64,000 nt of DNA, taken from contig CAJFCJ010000008.1 of the NCBI GenBank assembly GCA_904063045.1, positions 744,001-808,000 of the forward strand, in the 5' to 3' direction. Shown here in pieces: positions 49,139 through 61,098 of this stretch. A program made the position numbers and the translations under genes. Position 1 is the stretch's first letter. Every line of letters begins with the position of its first letter. The notes below the pieces were generated by a model. That model had not been told where the DNA came from and searched no databases. It saw only the letters and a list, made by a program, of their open reading frames with translations. The stretch is from Dimorphilus gyrociliatus. Lineage: Eukaryota; Animalia; Annelida.

Positions 49139-52100
49139 ATGAATAGTGAATACGAACTTAAGCGTCGATCATCTTCTCCAGAGAGTCCCCCCCATCGTCG
49201 TCGGCGAGGTGAAAGCTCGAATAAAGAGTTGAAAAGGATAGATTATGTTTTGATATATGAACTGGACGAGGAAGAAAAAGATGATGCTAAAACGCAGGAA
49301 AAAAATAAGTTAAGGAATAAATTTAAGGTAGGATAACACAAAGAATAAGGTAATTCATTAAAATAGTTGGAGTCTTTCCCAACCGCCAATACAGGAAGCC
49401 ATTTGGGAAGAAGGTCTTGAGATGCAAGAAGATGAGATTACAGATTCGAAAAATTTTGATAAAAAAAATATATTCATTAAAATACATGTTCCATTTGAAA
49501 GAATTTGCACGCAGGCGGAAAGAGTGGCCGTAGAAATGAACATTCGAGGGGTAAAGATATTATAAATAATGAATTAATTGTCGTTTAAAGGAAAGATTAC
49601 TTTTTTATATCTTTATAGTTAAGTATACCCGAAGATCCACCACCATCATATCTTGAATGGTTCTATGAATTCGAAAGAAAACATTTAAAAACAGATAACG
49701 AAGGTAAACAAATTGTCAATGAATTTTTATCTCATAAAACGTTCTTTGTTTAAAGAATGTTAATAACTTATTTATTTTTGCTTGAAAATGGGAAGAGCTT
49801 AATTGATTCATTATCCTCTTCGCAACAATTTTAACTGTAAATTGGCCAATTAGTGACAAATTTAAAAAGTAAAAAGAATTCCATTAACATTTTTTTTTTA
49901 GCAAAAAAGATATTCACTATAGATGGAAGAAGCGTTGAAAGATATACAGGTGTCATAGTGTCTTTCTTAAATGTATAGCACAATAATAAGACTAGATCAA
50001 TCAATTAATTAATTAGCTAATTGATTAATTATCACTGTATACTATCTTTAAATGGTTATTTTTTGTTATTATTGTTTTAATAACACAAGTTTCGGGTTCT
50101 TTTTGGTTAAAACATTATTGTTCTAGTTTCTTTTAGTTAGCAAGATTTTAATTTATTCAAGGCTTTTATCTATTTAATATTCACTCATAATATTGTTGTA
50201 TCTTTTGGAGTCGGGCTTTTATAAATTTGGTAATGGAAACTATAAAATTAATTCGTTCTATTGAATTCATTACAGTTGATAGTGTTGCAACGACATTCGA
50301 GAAGGAAAAAATGAAGATATTTGAAAACCATAGCGATGTAAATACATTCTTTAGGCCGGCCTTGCGATGCTTTCTGGTCTGTGTTAACAACATACACAAT
50401 TATTGTAAATAGATTGATGGATTCTATTGTTTCTTTAGGCAAATGATATTCTTATAAATATTGATATTCGCGATGAAGCAGACAGACAAAATGAACCTTT
50501 AAATAGAAAAGGTATATTTTATTACCTAAAAGGTTCTCTTTATAATAAAGTTCTTAACTAAATATAGGCCTCAAGTATATGCTGATGGAGAAAATTTTTT
50601 TGGATGCTTTTATTATGCACGACGAATCGGATATCGATCCAATGGAAGAGGAAGAAAAAAAGAAAAAGGAAAGAGAATTCGGTTCAAGATTTGTTATAGA
50701 TGATCCACCAGAAGGGAAAAAGTTGATTTTACCAGATACTAGAAAAGAGTTACACGTAAGTATAGAAAACTCTCAACAAAGAATACTCATTTTGGCTAAT
50801 TTATGGGGGCAATTTTTTAGGAGAGTTGGTTAAGATACAGGAAATATCAACCTCTTTGGAAGATTAGAAACTATTTTGGGGAAAAAATATCATTATATTT
50901 TGCTTGGGTAGGAACGCTTATAGTATCTTTATGGATACCAACTTTGCTAGGACTCGCCATATTCTTTTACGGATTGTACTTGAGCATAGAACATAACATT
51001 AACAATACTAATCAGTTGAATGCGACCGATCCTCTGACATTGTATGTATCACACGTATTCAATATATTGTTATCGTTTAATGAAATACTCTATACTTTTA
51101 CTCTATCCCTTATTCGAAAGGACAAAGTCGTACGTTGAAAGGTCTATTCAAGTAATTCGGCAAGCATTTGATAATAAAGTCACTCCGTATTATGCTCTAA
51201 TTATGTGCCTTTGGGGTACTCTCTTCCTTGAGTTTTGGAAACGAAAGAATGCAGAGTTGGCCTATCGTTGGGACGTCGATTACTTTGAAGAAACTGAACC
51301 TGATAGACCCCAGTTCCAAGGGACACAGAAGAAACGAGATCCTGTAACTCAAGAAGAAATCTGGTATTATCCTTTTAAGAGGCAATTATTTAAATTTATG
51401 TTTTCCTTTTCCATATTGATAACTATGGTTCGTAGAGAAAATTGTTCTATAGTTGATGGTAATTAATAGTTTAATAAGCAATTCTCTCTAAATACAGGTG
51501 TTTTTCGTTCTAATTTCTGTTGCCATGGTAATTCTATATCGGGTGTATACAGCCGTCAATCTTTGTTCGGATCCAAAAATTTGTATAATAGTGAACGCCT
51601 TGGTACCAGCACTACTAAATGCTATTTCTATTATGTTACTCGGTAAACTGTATGAGATTTTGGCCTATAAACTAACGAATTGGGGTAAGTCATTTATTTA
51701 AATAAACAGTTTATGTTCTATTTTAATCGTGTATTGTCTTCTTTTGTAGAAAATCATAGAACGCAAACTCAATACGACGACGCCTTAATTATAAAACTGT
51801 TCGCTTTCCAATTTGCCAACAGTTACGCTTCTTTGTTTTATATAGCATTTTTTAGAGGAGTAAGTTGTTATTGGTTAAAAATTTGCGATTAATTAACATC
51901 AAGTAATTTATCCTCTTGTAACTCTTTCCTTAGATTAATTATGGTAAAGATGGAATATTTGGCCTGGGAGAAAAATATACGGACAGTTGCGGAACAGATA
52001 ACAATTGTATGGCAATGCTTTCGCTCCAGGTTCTCGTTCTTATGATAGTTAAACCTCTTCCAAAGTTCTTAAAAGATATTATTTTACCGTAAGTAGAAAT

Positions 52101-55088
52101 GGGCTTAAAAATGGCTGGTAAAAGAGTATTAGCAAGGTTTCTTTCAATTAAAAAAAAAACAGATGGTTACTAAAGAAATGGCGACTACGTAAAATATGTC
52201 GAGGAAAAAGGCGTGTTGACGATACTGAATCTGCTCAAAAGAAGAAGAGTTTAACGCTTCCCGACTTTTTGGAAAGGGAACGTCTTAAACCGGAACTTGG
52301 GGATTTTACACTTGGAGAATATACCGAAAAAGTTTTAATCTATGGCTATTTAATGGTAAATGATATTTATTTTATATTCACGTGAACCTTTTTACGTATT
52401 ATGTAATAATTTATTTCAGATATTTGCGGCTTCATTACCAGTCGCCCCATTGATAGCACTTATTGTATATTTAATCGACATACGAGTAGACGCTGGAAGG
52501 CTTCTCTGGTGGTATAGAAGGCCCATTAGTACCATAGCCCAAGATATCGGTTAGATAGCTCTTGACATAACCGTAATAAACATTCTTATCATTTTCCAAC
52601 CATTCACTTCTATTTTAGGTATGTGGTATGGAATTTTATACGTTTTAAACGTAATAGGAGTAATCAGCAATGCATGCTTGATTGCATTTACATCTCATTG
52701 GGGAAGATCATTTGACGAAACATACAAGAAATTACTTATTGTTATTGGCTTTGAGGTTTGTGATTAAAAATGTTTTTCTTTTTTTTATCATCTTTGATCA
52801 AGAAAAAGCAATTAAATCAACGGCTTAGTTTGTATTATGAAATCCAAGAGAAGATGCTAAAATATGAATTCTCTTTAAAAACAAAAAAATTATTGCAGTT
52901 GTTTAAGTTTCTTCATTTGTTTAGAGAATTTTTCCATCATTTTTTTGTTATTTGTTATAAAAACAAAACAAAATATCATAAATCATTTACAGCATATAGT
53001 GTTTTTCGTCAAATTTGTCATCGATCTTCTCATACCCGACACCCCAGCCTGGGTTTGCCTAAGGCGTCGTAAGGTGATGATCTTTTTGAATTGGTCTAAA
53101 ATTGGATCTCTATTATGTCCTAAAAGCGTTTGACTTGAAAAAATCTTCTTTTATTCATATACTCTTTTTTAGATAACCCATAATCATATTTTATTCAATT
53201 AGTAGAAAGAAAAAGAGAGGGAGAGAGATAAGATTATAATGTATCTAATGGAGAGAAATTGATGAAGTAACTAAAAATAGAGAATTATTTTCTATTTCCT
53301 CTCTTTTGATAAATTACTGGTGAATGAACATGTAGAAATTTTGAATTTGTCGATATACTATCTAACATATCTGATATAACTCTCTTGTGCATGTTTGCTT
53401 TCTAATATTACAGCATATTGTGTTTGCTGTTAAATTTATCATACGAATTTTGGTGCCTGACGTACCTCGCTTCATTCAACGTCGTAGAAGAAGGGTGAGG
53501 ATATATCATGATCTGCTTATATCTGATTTCAATTTCCCTCCTCCTAACCTTTCTCCTTGATATTCTTTATACAAAAACCTATATAAATACCCCTTTCTCT
53601 ACATAATAATTTTCCTCTACCAATAGGAAAAGTATCAAGTTGCAAAAATATTGGAGGCTGCAAGAAGAGATCCGAATATTAATCCAGCTGATGTAGTAAA
53701 GCCGAAAGAACCTGGCGAGTAAGCTCCAGTTAATTACTCTAATTTCCCTTCTACCATTTTCTATTTTATTATCGACTTAATCTTTATATAATTATATTCC
53801 AACTTCTTAGAAAACACCAAAAAACGAGTTATTTAAGTTCTGAAGAAAAGAGTAAGCTATTGGAAAATAATATGGAATTGAGAGAGAGATCGTCAATGGC
53901 TGAAAATTCAGGTAATATTGCTTGTTTTTTTTCAATAAGCTTCATCTTTCGAATTATGATTTACCTGCTCAAAAGGTGCGCTTTCTTGATAGCTAATAGA
54001 ATTGCTCTGATATTTGAAATTAGATTAGTAGTTTTATAGTCTAACTTGAATTAGAAACAAACAAACAAACACAAGAGAAAATTCCAAAAATTGATAACAA
54101 GTTATCAAAAAACAAACAAATAAACAAGCTAAACATTTGATTGATAACAGAAAAAAGAAATCGCTTCTCAATAGGAATGAGGCAAGATTTATTACCTGAA
54201 TGCTTAATCATTTTCAATTGAGCACTTTGATTTATTTGATGCTTTCTGAAGAATTTTACAGAGAAAATTTCGTATTTATTTCTTTATTTATTTATTTCAA
54301 AATTTTTATATATATTTATAAAGAAGAACAAAATAAGGAAGGAGAGTTTTAATTGTTTTTCTTTCCTATTTTCATTAAACAATTCATTTTAGTAGTTAAA
54401 ACGTTGTTTTTTTTATCACGCCACACGGCTTGTCAAAAAGGTATAGGTTTGATAGGGATAAGTACACTCTTTCAAACGAAAAATTAGCTTGAGACGATTC
54501 ATCTTTAATATATTTTCTCTTCTATTTTTGTACCTTTAAGCCATCTTTTTATTCTCATATTATTATTTTTGAATTTATCAATTACAAAATTTTATCCTTT
54601 ATCGCTCGGACTACGTTACACGTTAAAAAATAGGAAAGAAAAAGAAGAAATATAAGTTGAAACCATTGAAAGCTCGAGGAGATCACGAAGAAGAAGTCTA
54701 TAGCGATAATCGACCACTAAACAACAGAAGGTGAAATATTAAAAAGAGAAAAATATTAGTATTAATAATAATAATCATAAAACAAATAATTTACTTTTAT
54801 TTATCATATTTTTTTTATATTTTTTTTATAAAAAAAAATACTACCATTTTCTTCAGAATGTCCAGCGAAAGTATACCAAGGTGATGATGATTTAAAAATA
54901 AAATATGAATAGTTTTATAAGATCGATTAAAACAATGAAAAAGTAGCTCTAACATAAAAAAAACAAACAAAAGGAGAATATTTCGTCTAAAAAAGTAGAA
55001 AAATTTTTAAAATATATCGTTTTTACTTTAGTTTTTTTAACAAAACTAGTTAAAACTTTTAATTTTCTCTCTCTCTCTCTCTCTCTCT

Positions 55089-55132
<44 letters not shown>

Positions 55133-55955
55133 TTCCTCTTCTATATTTAATTTCATTTCATAATTTTGTTTTTCTTTGTTGTTATCATTAAAAAAGAGTG
55201 TTAGCTTATTTTCTTAACATTTTTAAAACGGTATAAAAGGAACAATTTATTAATAGAAAGTATTTTTTTTATGTTGTTTATGGAGTATAAGTCAATTCTT
55301 ACTTGGTTTTTTATTGTTGTTATTAATTCCAATAATATAGTATGAACGGTGCTTATTTTTGGTTTTTTTTGGTTTATTAACTCTAACAGTTTTGTTATCT
55401 AGAAACGAGAAGAAGTAAGGAATTTTTAATTGCTTAACTATTATCGCTTTCATATAATTGCACATTATTGTATGACGTTGTTAATTTTGTAGTATCTATA
55501 GCGTAATTTAGTTTGCTTTTTTTTGGCTCTCTACAGAGAACAGCTGATGGGAAGACAAAACTATATGTAAATATTACCTTTTCTCGATAACAGATAGGCT
55601 TTATTTTGTCATAATAAGAGAATAAGAATGAGTGTGAACGAAAAAGACAGCTAACAACTAATTGTATATCGTGTATAATCTTATTAAGTATAGTCTATAT
55701 ATAAGAAAAGCTTAGTTATGAGTTATGAAAGGTGTTTTTTTTAACAAATACTTCTTCAGAATCTCCTATCAGGATCCGGATGAAGAAACTAAGGAAAACG
55801 AAAAAGCATATATCCGAAGTTTAAAGATGAATCTTGAAACTCAACAATCGAGTCATATTCCAGTTGTTAAACTACGTCATACCGAAGATGACTCTGTTCC
55901 TGCAATCGTTCTTCCTTCTCCTATTTTTCATCCAGATAAAGATAGTGAAGCTTAA
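49139..55955 (+). CDS. ANO: Anoctamin/TMEM16 family channel or scramblase, about 20 exons with alternative exons
   Basis: Spliced segments: RIDYVLIY, FIKIHVPF, QPLWKIRNYFGEKISLYFAW, LWGTLFLEFWKRK, ENHRTQTQYDDALIIKLFAFQFANSYASLFYIAFF, EYTEKVLIYGY..FAASLPVAPLIALI..IDIRVDA, YRRP..AQDIGMW, IGFE|HIVF..IPD..|EKYQV. Last exon 55760-55955. Confidence 0.95.
52993..53073 (+). other. Anoctamin TM10 alternative exon A (HIVFFVKFVIDLLIPDTPAWVCLRRRK)
   Basis: 81 nt, ttacag| acceptor, |gtgatg donor, phase 0/0. Confidence 0.85.
53414..53494 (+). other. Anoctamin TM10 alternative exon B (HIVFAVKFIIRILVPDVPRFIQRRRRR)
   Basis: 81 nt, ttacag| acceptor, |gtgagg donor, phase 0/0; paralogous to exon A. Confidence 0.85.
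55066..55130. repeat. Compound (CT)n(TA)n microsatellite in an anoctamin intron
   Basis: Read directly. Confidence 0.9.
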
Positions 55956-56187
55956 ATAGTAGCTTGTAATGAAACCAGTAGTTTTATGTTTGCAATTGTT
56001 AACAGGAATATTTTTGAGTTCTCCCTGAAAAATTGAAATTATTTCCAATGATGTTTTTTTGTCTTTTACATCTTGTACTTTTATATTCCTTGCTTATGTT
56101 GAAAGAAATTGACATGACAAAAATAAATGTAATAGATGGCGCTGTATAAGTGCGCAAGTTTGTTTCTTAAAAGAATTGGTGACAATC

Positions 56188-56324
56188 GTTTCTAGGTAAC
56201 GAAATTTCTAAGTGGTCTAAACGAAGAATAGGACACCTGTTAACTAACTTCAAAGAAATTTGTAAGACCATTTATGAGGGCCTTGTTAATTGGTAACATA
56301 CGTTATAAAAACTGCGCATGCGCG
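56188..56324 (+). promoter_or_regulatory. Oaz proximal promoter motifs: RFX X-box-like GTTTCTAGGTAAC (56188-56200) and NRF1/EWG-like TGCGCATGCGCG (56313-56324)
   Basis: Motifs read directly 110-245 bp upstream of ATG 56433; function is inferred. Confidence 0.35.
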
Positions 56325-56432
56325 TCGAACTAACAGCGTGGGGTGCGCAGCGGGGTGGAGATATCCCACTGGGAGTTGGCCCTGGCGTGGCCGAACGCTG
56401 CAGTTGTTTAGAAGATTCTACGGCGGTCGGTT

Positions 56433-59400
56433 ATGTCTAGGAGGAAACAGGCCAGACCTAAGGCTCTACACCGGAAATCTACCGACAAACCTCCTCGTCT
56501 CGGTACGTAGACAAACACTAATTATAAATATGAAATAATGACTAGGTTCATAAAATAATATAAGATCTATTCCCTCTATCCCACTTTAACTGATCCTCTC
56601 CGACTATTCGTTTCTAAGAGTAACAGGAAAAGTTGTATGTGACTTTTTTCTTTTCGAAAGTAAATTGCCAGTGAGAAGGAGCTTGAAGAGGAACGATGAA
56701 GCGCATCATATAGATTGCTGGATCGTATATATAATTCGTTTAACTTCGCGTCGCAAAACAAGCGGAATAGAGAGCATTGCTGTAATTGCAACATGCTTCT
56801 ATTCCCTCTGGTATTCGACCGTCATTAGCCGACGAGCGCAGAAACAGTAGGATAATCTACGTCTCTCCTCTAATTACCTATACTATAGGCTCAAACGTCG
56901 CATTACTCATTCGCCGTCGCGAATCCCCCCTAAACTCCCACAGGAGTTTTGCCGAATAAATGTCATTCATTTTTTTCGCTGCGGTAAAAAAAGAAAGAAG
57001 ATGAGAAGTTCACTTAAAAATATATAAATAAGACACAACTAAGTGAAGGGGATTTGAAACGTCGGGTGGTAGGAGGAGAGAAAGAGCGGTAGGGAATAGT
57101 CTAAGAGACTAAGGGAAAAAGAAAGAGAAAAAAACCCCAATCCACCAAGACCCGCGGCATGACACAATCGTTGCCCGGGTAACCGCGGGGAATGGAAGCA
57201 TTAGTTAGCTCCCCGGGGATACTGACGTAAATGTCAGCGACCCTCCAGGGAAGGTAGTACAGTCCGTTTTCGTTTATTGCAGACTGCGAATTATGTGAGA
57301 GAAACTTTAGTGAAGAAAGTGACTTCGACAAACACCGGACGGTTCATTCGAGGAAGGATGGAGTTTACAGCTGTTCCTATTGTTCGGCTCGTTTTAAGAG
57401 GTATATGTATATAGAATTTTTACCTCAGGGAATACGGATCCCTGTGGAGTCGTACGTCTTCCCAACGCCACCTAGGACGGTCGTCTACCGCCAGTCTATT
57501 GGACGCCGACAGTTGGCATTAGTGAGATGGATGCGCGAGTCGAGGGACGCTAAGTAGATGCCGTTCTACATTTTAAGCTCTTTTAAGGTCACGCGACTCG
57601 CTTTTTAACAACGGCTTAGTTTAGTAGAAAGGGTGGGTGGCGGTGTGGAGACGTAACAATTTTATCCCATATTTCCCATGATCGACCACTTTTATTCGTC
57701 TAAGGAGAGTTGCAAAGTTTACTTTATTTAAGAAAGGCGACACCTTACGTCTTGTGCGATCACTAGGGTGTGGCTTTTTGTCTTACATCGTTGGGTGCAG
57801 ACCTCCCATTGGTTTCTACAAGCGTTTATATGTGTAAACTTGCTCAACTAACAGATGCGATCAACTTTCCGCGCACGTTCGTTCGCACGACAAATCTCGA
57901 CCATATACATGCTCCAGATGCGCTTCTTCTTTTCCAACCTTGTCGACTTTTTCTACGCATATAACTTCGCAACATGCCGATTTCTTTCCGGTGGATATAT
58001 GCCCGATCTGTGAGGACTTCTTTGAAGACTTAGAAAACCATTTCTATTCGCACGACCCGCCTTCTGCTCGGGCGAACGATCGATGGCGATCAACTTACGA
58101 ATGCCCTTATAAGCTTTGTCAAAAGAAGAACTTTGTAAATCAGAAAGTATTGGATATTCACATTCATACAATGCACGGTCAAGGTGGACAAGCATATGTT
58201 TGCGAGCTATGTGATGCTGTGTTTCCTACATTTTTTGAACTAGATGAACATTCGAAAGAGGAGCATAGCAAGGTAGAACGAAATGATTCGAATACAATGT
58301 ATTGCTCGCATTGTGCCAAAGCCTTTCCAAACAATCACGCTTTGGCAGAACATGTAAGGGAGTCACATGGAATTTTTATGAGTTTAAAAAGTGAAATTCT
58401 TAGTCCACCTAATATCGAGTCAGAAGAGTCTAAGACTGTCGAATATCCTTGTTCCTCCTGTAACCAAGTTTTCTCTTCTGTTGATCTACTTAATGATCAC
58501 CAATTAGACAAACATACAGAAGTACTCTACAGGTGCGGATTTTGTAAAGAGACTTTAGACTCTAAAGTAGGCTTACGCGTTCATTTTTCAATGAATCATT
58601 CGAATGAACAGCGTTCTTATAAATGCACCGATTGTTCAGCGGCGTTCACAACTGAGATTTTATGGCAAATGCATATGAGACGTCACAATTCAAAGCCCTA
58701 CAGGTGCCTTCTTTGTGATGAAACTTACGCCACGGAAAGAGAATTGGAAGTTCATTCGGTCACTCATAAGAAGACAGTCAAGTGTCCCATTTGCGAGGAA
58801 GCATTCCATGTTGAGTACCTGCTAGATCTTCATCTTCAGACAGCCCATTTCCCTGTCGCCCCATCTCCTGCTAAAAGATCAAAGAAGGAAAGAACCAAAT
58901 GTGAGATTTGCGATGTTCGTTTTCCAGATGAATTAGCACTCGTTCGCCACAGAAGAATAGAACATAAACTCGCTTCATCTGTTTCTCCATCAACGTTAAA
59001 ATGCGTCTACTGTCAAACTGAATGCTTTAATTCTTCCGAATTAGAATTTCATATACAAGAAAAACATGCTCCGCCGCCTATAGTTGCTCACAAATGTAAT
59101 ATTTGTGACAAACTCCTGCCCTCTTCTACTTCACTAGTTCAGCATAAACTTAGCCACGTGACACTTCCGTCCCGCCTCACTTGTTTCGTGTGCCAAGCCT
59201 CTATCGCCGAAAAAGGAGATTTTCTTAATCATTCAAGAGATCATTCCGTGATTGGGAGTAAATGTCTTGTTTGTAGGCAGGCGGTCAATTCCACAGAAGA
59301 ACTTCGATTACATTCTCAACATCACTTTCCGGAAGAGAAATGTTCCAGGTGTCATATTACTCCGACCAATACCGAACCTTCATCACCGAACGAGATGTAT

Positions 59401-60455
59401 TCTTCGCAAAATCGAACAAATGATAAATCTAAAGTTTGTTCGTCCTGCCTAATGCAACCGGAGAAAAAGAACAGTCAATTACCAAAAGCCTATCAATGCA
59501 TAAAATGTCAACAGTCATTTCTTTCGGAATCGGAGATCCAAGCTCATGTCGCCACTCACATGCTGAATGAATCAAATGTTCACGAATGCAGACTTTGTTG
59601 GAAGAATTTTGATACTCCAGCACGTTTACAGTGCCACTTAATAGAACATTCTTATGATCAGGGTAAACCTTTTGAATGCTACGTCTGTGGTAAGATACTA
59701 CCTTCATCGGCGGGTATACAACAGCACGTTTTAGAGCATTCTGTCGGTTCAAGAAAGTATTCATGTTCAAGCTGCTCAAACGTCTACTTTTTTAGCGCTG
59801 AATTAGAAAATCACAAGATAAGTCATCATTCGCAGATGACAAACTCTCCAACTCCTTCACAGTGTCGTTGTCCCGTTTGTGGTATTATGTACGAGAGTTC
59901 AGCAATTCTTCATCAGCACGTTCTCGACTCTCACAGTAGCTCGAGTAAGAAGAACGAACAATTGGAATGCGGAGAGTGTAGGAGAACATTTGCTTGTCAG
60001 GCAGCACTTATCTCACATTCCAAGTCTCACAAATTTGGTAAAGAAAACAAAATGGCCTCACAAACTAATAAACCATTTTCATGTTCTATATGCTCTAAAA
60101 ATTTTACTAAAAAATCTCAAGTACGGGAACACATGAAAGTTCATTACAGCCAAACAGTATTTACATGTCCCCAATGTAGTGCCATCTTTCGGGAAGCTGA
60201 CGAATTACGACTTCACTCCAACTCAGTTCATTATTTGGATGATTCGTGCTCATTATGCCAGCGTTCATTCGCCGATTCTCAGGAATATCGGTAAGCGGAT
60301 ATTTAATTATCTTATGTAGTAAATAAACGAGATTACACTAGATGGCGTTATTTTTTCTTTACAGGGATCATATGTTGCACAGTCATAGAATCAGTTTAAA
60401 CGGTGTGGAAGAAGGAATGAAATTAGAAATTCCAGACATTAACGTCACAGATTAA
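56433..60455 (+). CDS. Oaz: Multi-C2H2 zinc-finger protein Oaz (ZNF423/ZNF521 orthologue), 4 exons
   Basis: N-terminal NuRD-binding motif MSRRKQARPK (56433); exons 56433-56502, 57281-57400, 57855-60290 and 60365-60455. Diagnostic segments FHVEYLLDLHLQTAH and YQCIKCQQSF..EIQAHVATHM..HECRLC..FDTPARLQCHLIEH..FFSAELENH. Confidence 0.93.
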
Positions 60456-60570
60456 TTTTTGACGAATTGTTTTGTGTCCCTTCCATGTCTTTTTTCCTGT
60501 CGCCATATAATAAAAAACAAAAAATGTCTCTACTGCATAATGAACGCTAATCGCGAGTGTGTTTAAAGCC

Positions 60571-60576
60571 TATAAA
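60571..60576 (+). promoter_or_regulatory. TATA box (TATAAA) of the alpha-arrestin gene; predicted TSS near 60600
   Basis: TATAAA lies upstream of a GC-richer leader exon that ends at a strong donor cag|gtaagt (60813). Confidence 0.4.
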
Positions 60577-61098
60577 GACACATGTCGAATTTACAATAGA
60601 GAGAGATTCGTACGCCGGGAGCGCTTTAAAAAAACCGTCGCTATAGGAACGAACGAAAAAACGACGGTGGCGCCTTTGCAGTCTGAACGGAGAGAAAAAA
60701 CTCAGGCGATCTGCTAGTTGAAACTAGAGTACCTGCGCCGTCCGTATACAAAAGTGAGCAGATCAGGCTCATTCCGTCAAAAGCGGCGCCACGCTGGTCA
60801 GCCCGTTTTGCAGGTAAGTTTCATTCCCAATTTTAGCAAGTTTTTATTCTTATCCGAAACGATCTTTCCCATATTTGCTTGCTGAAAGAAGAGTAGATGT
60901 ATTAGATTTCACGTTTATTATAAAGTTTTCATCCCTTTCTTGACTGTCTCCGTCGGGAATACATATATATATATATATAGTTTTTTTCTTACTAAATTTC
61001 TTCTTCAGCGATCGGCGTCGTTGGGCAGGTATCGGCGGGCGTCGTCGGTAGAAGATGACTGCACGGTTCCAGCTAGGCAGGAAGTTCTACCAACGACG

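Noticed and set aside
57401-57554. Apparent poison exon in Oaz intron 2 (acceptor ttacctcag at 57428 leading to a premature stop)
   Set aside because: The implied intron would be only 28 nt, well below the roughly 50-nt minimum seen in confident genes here.
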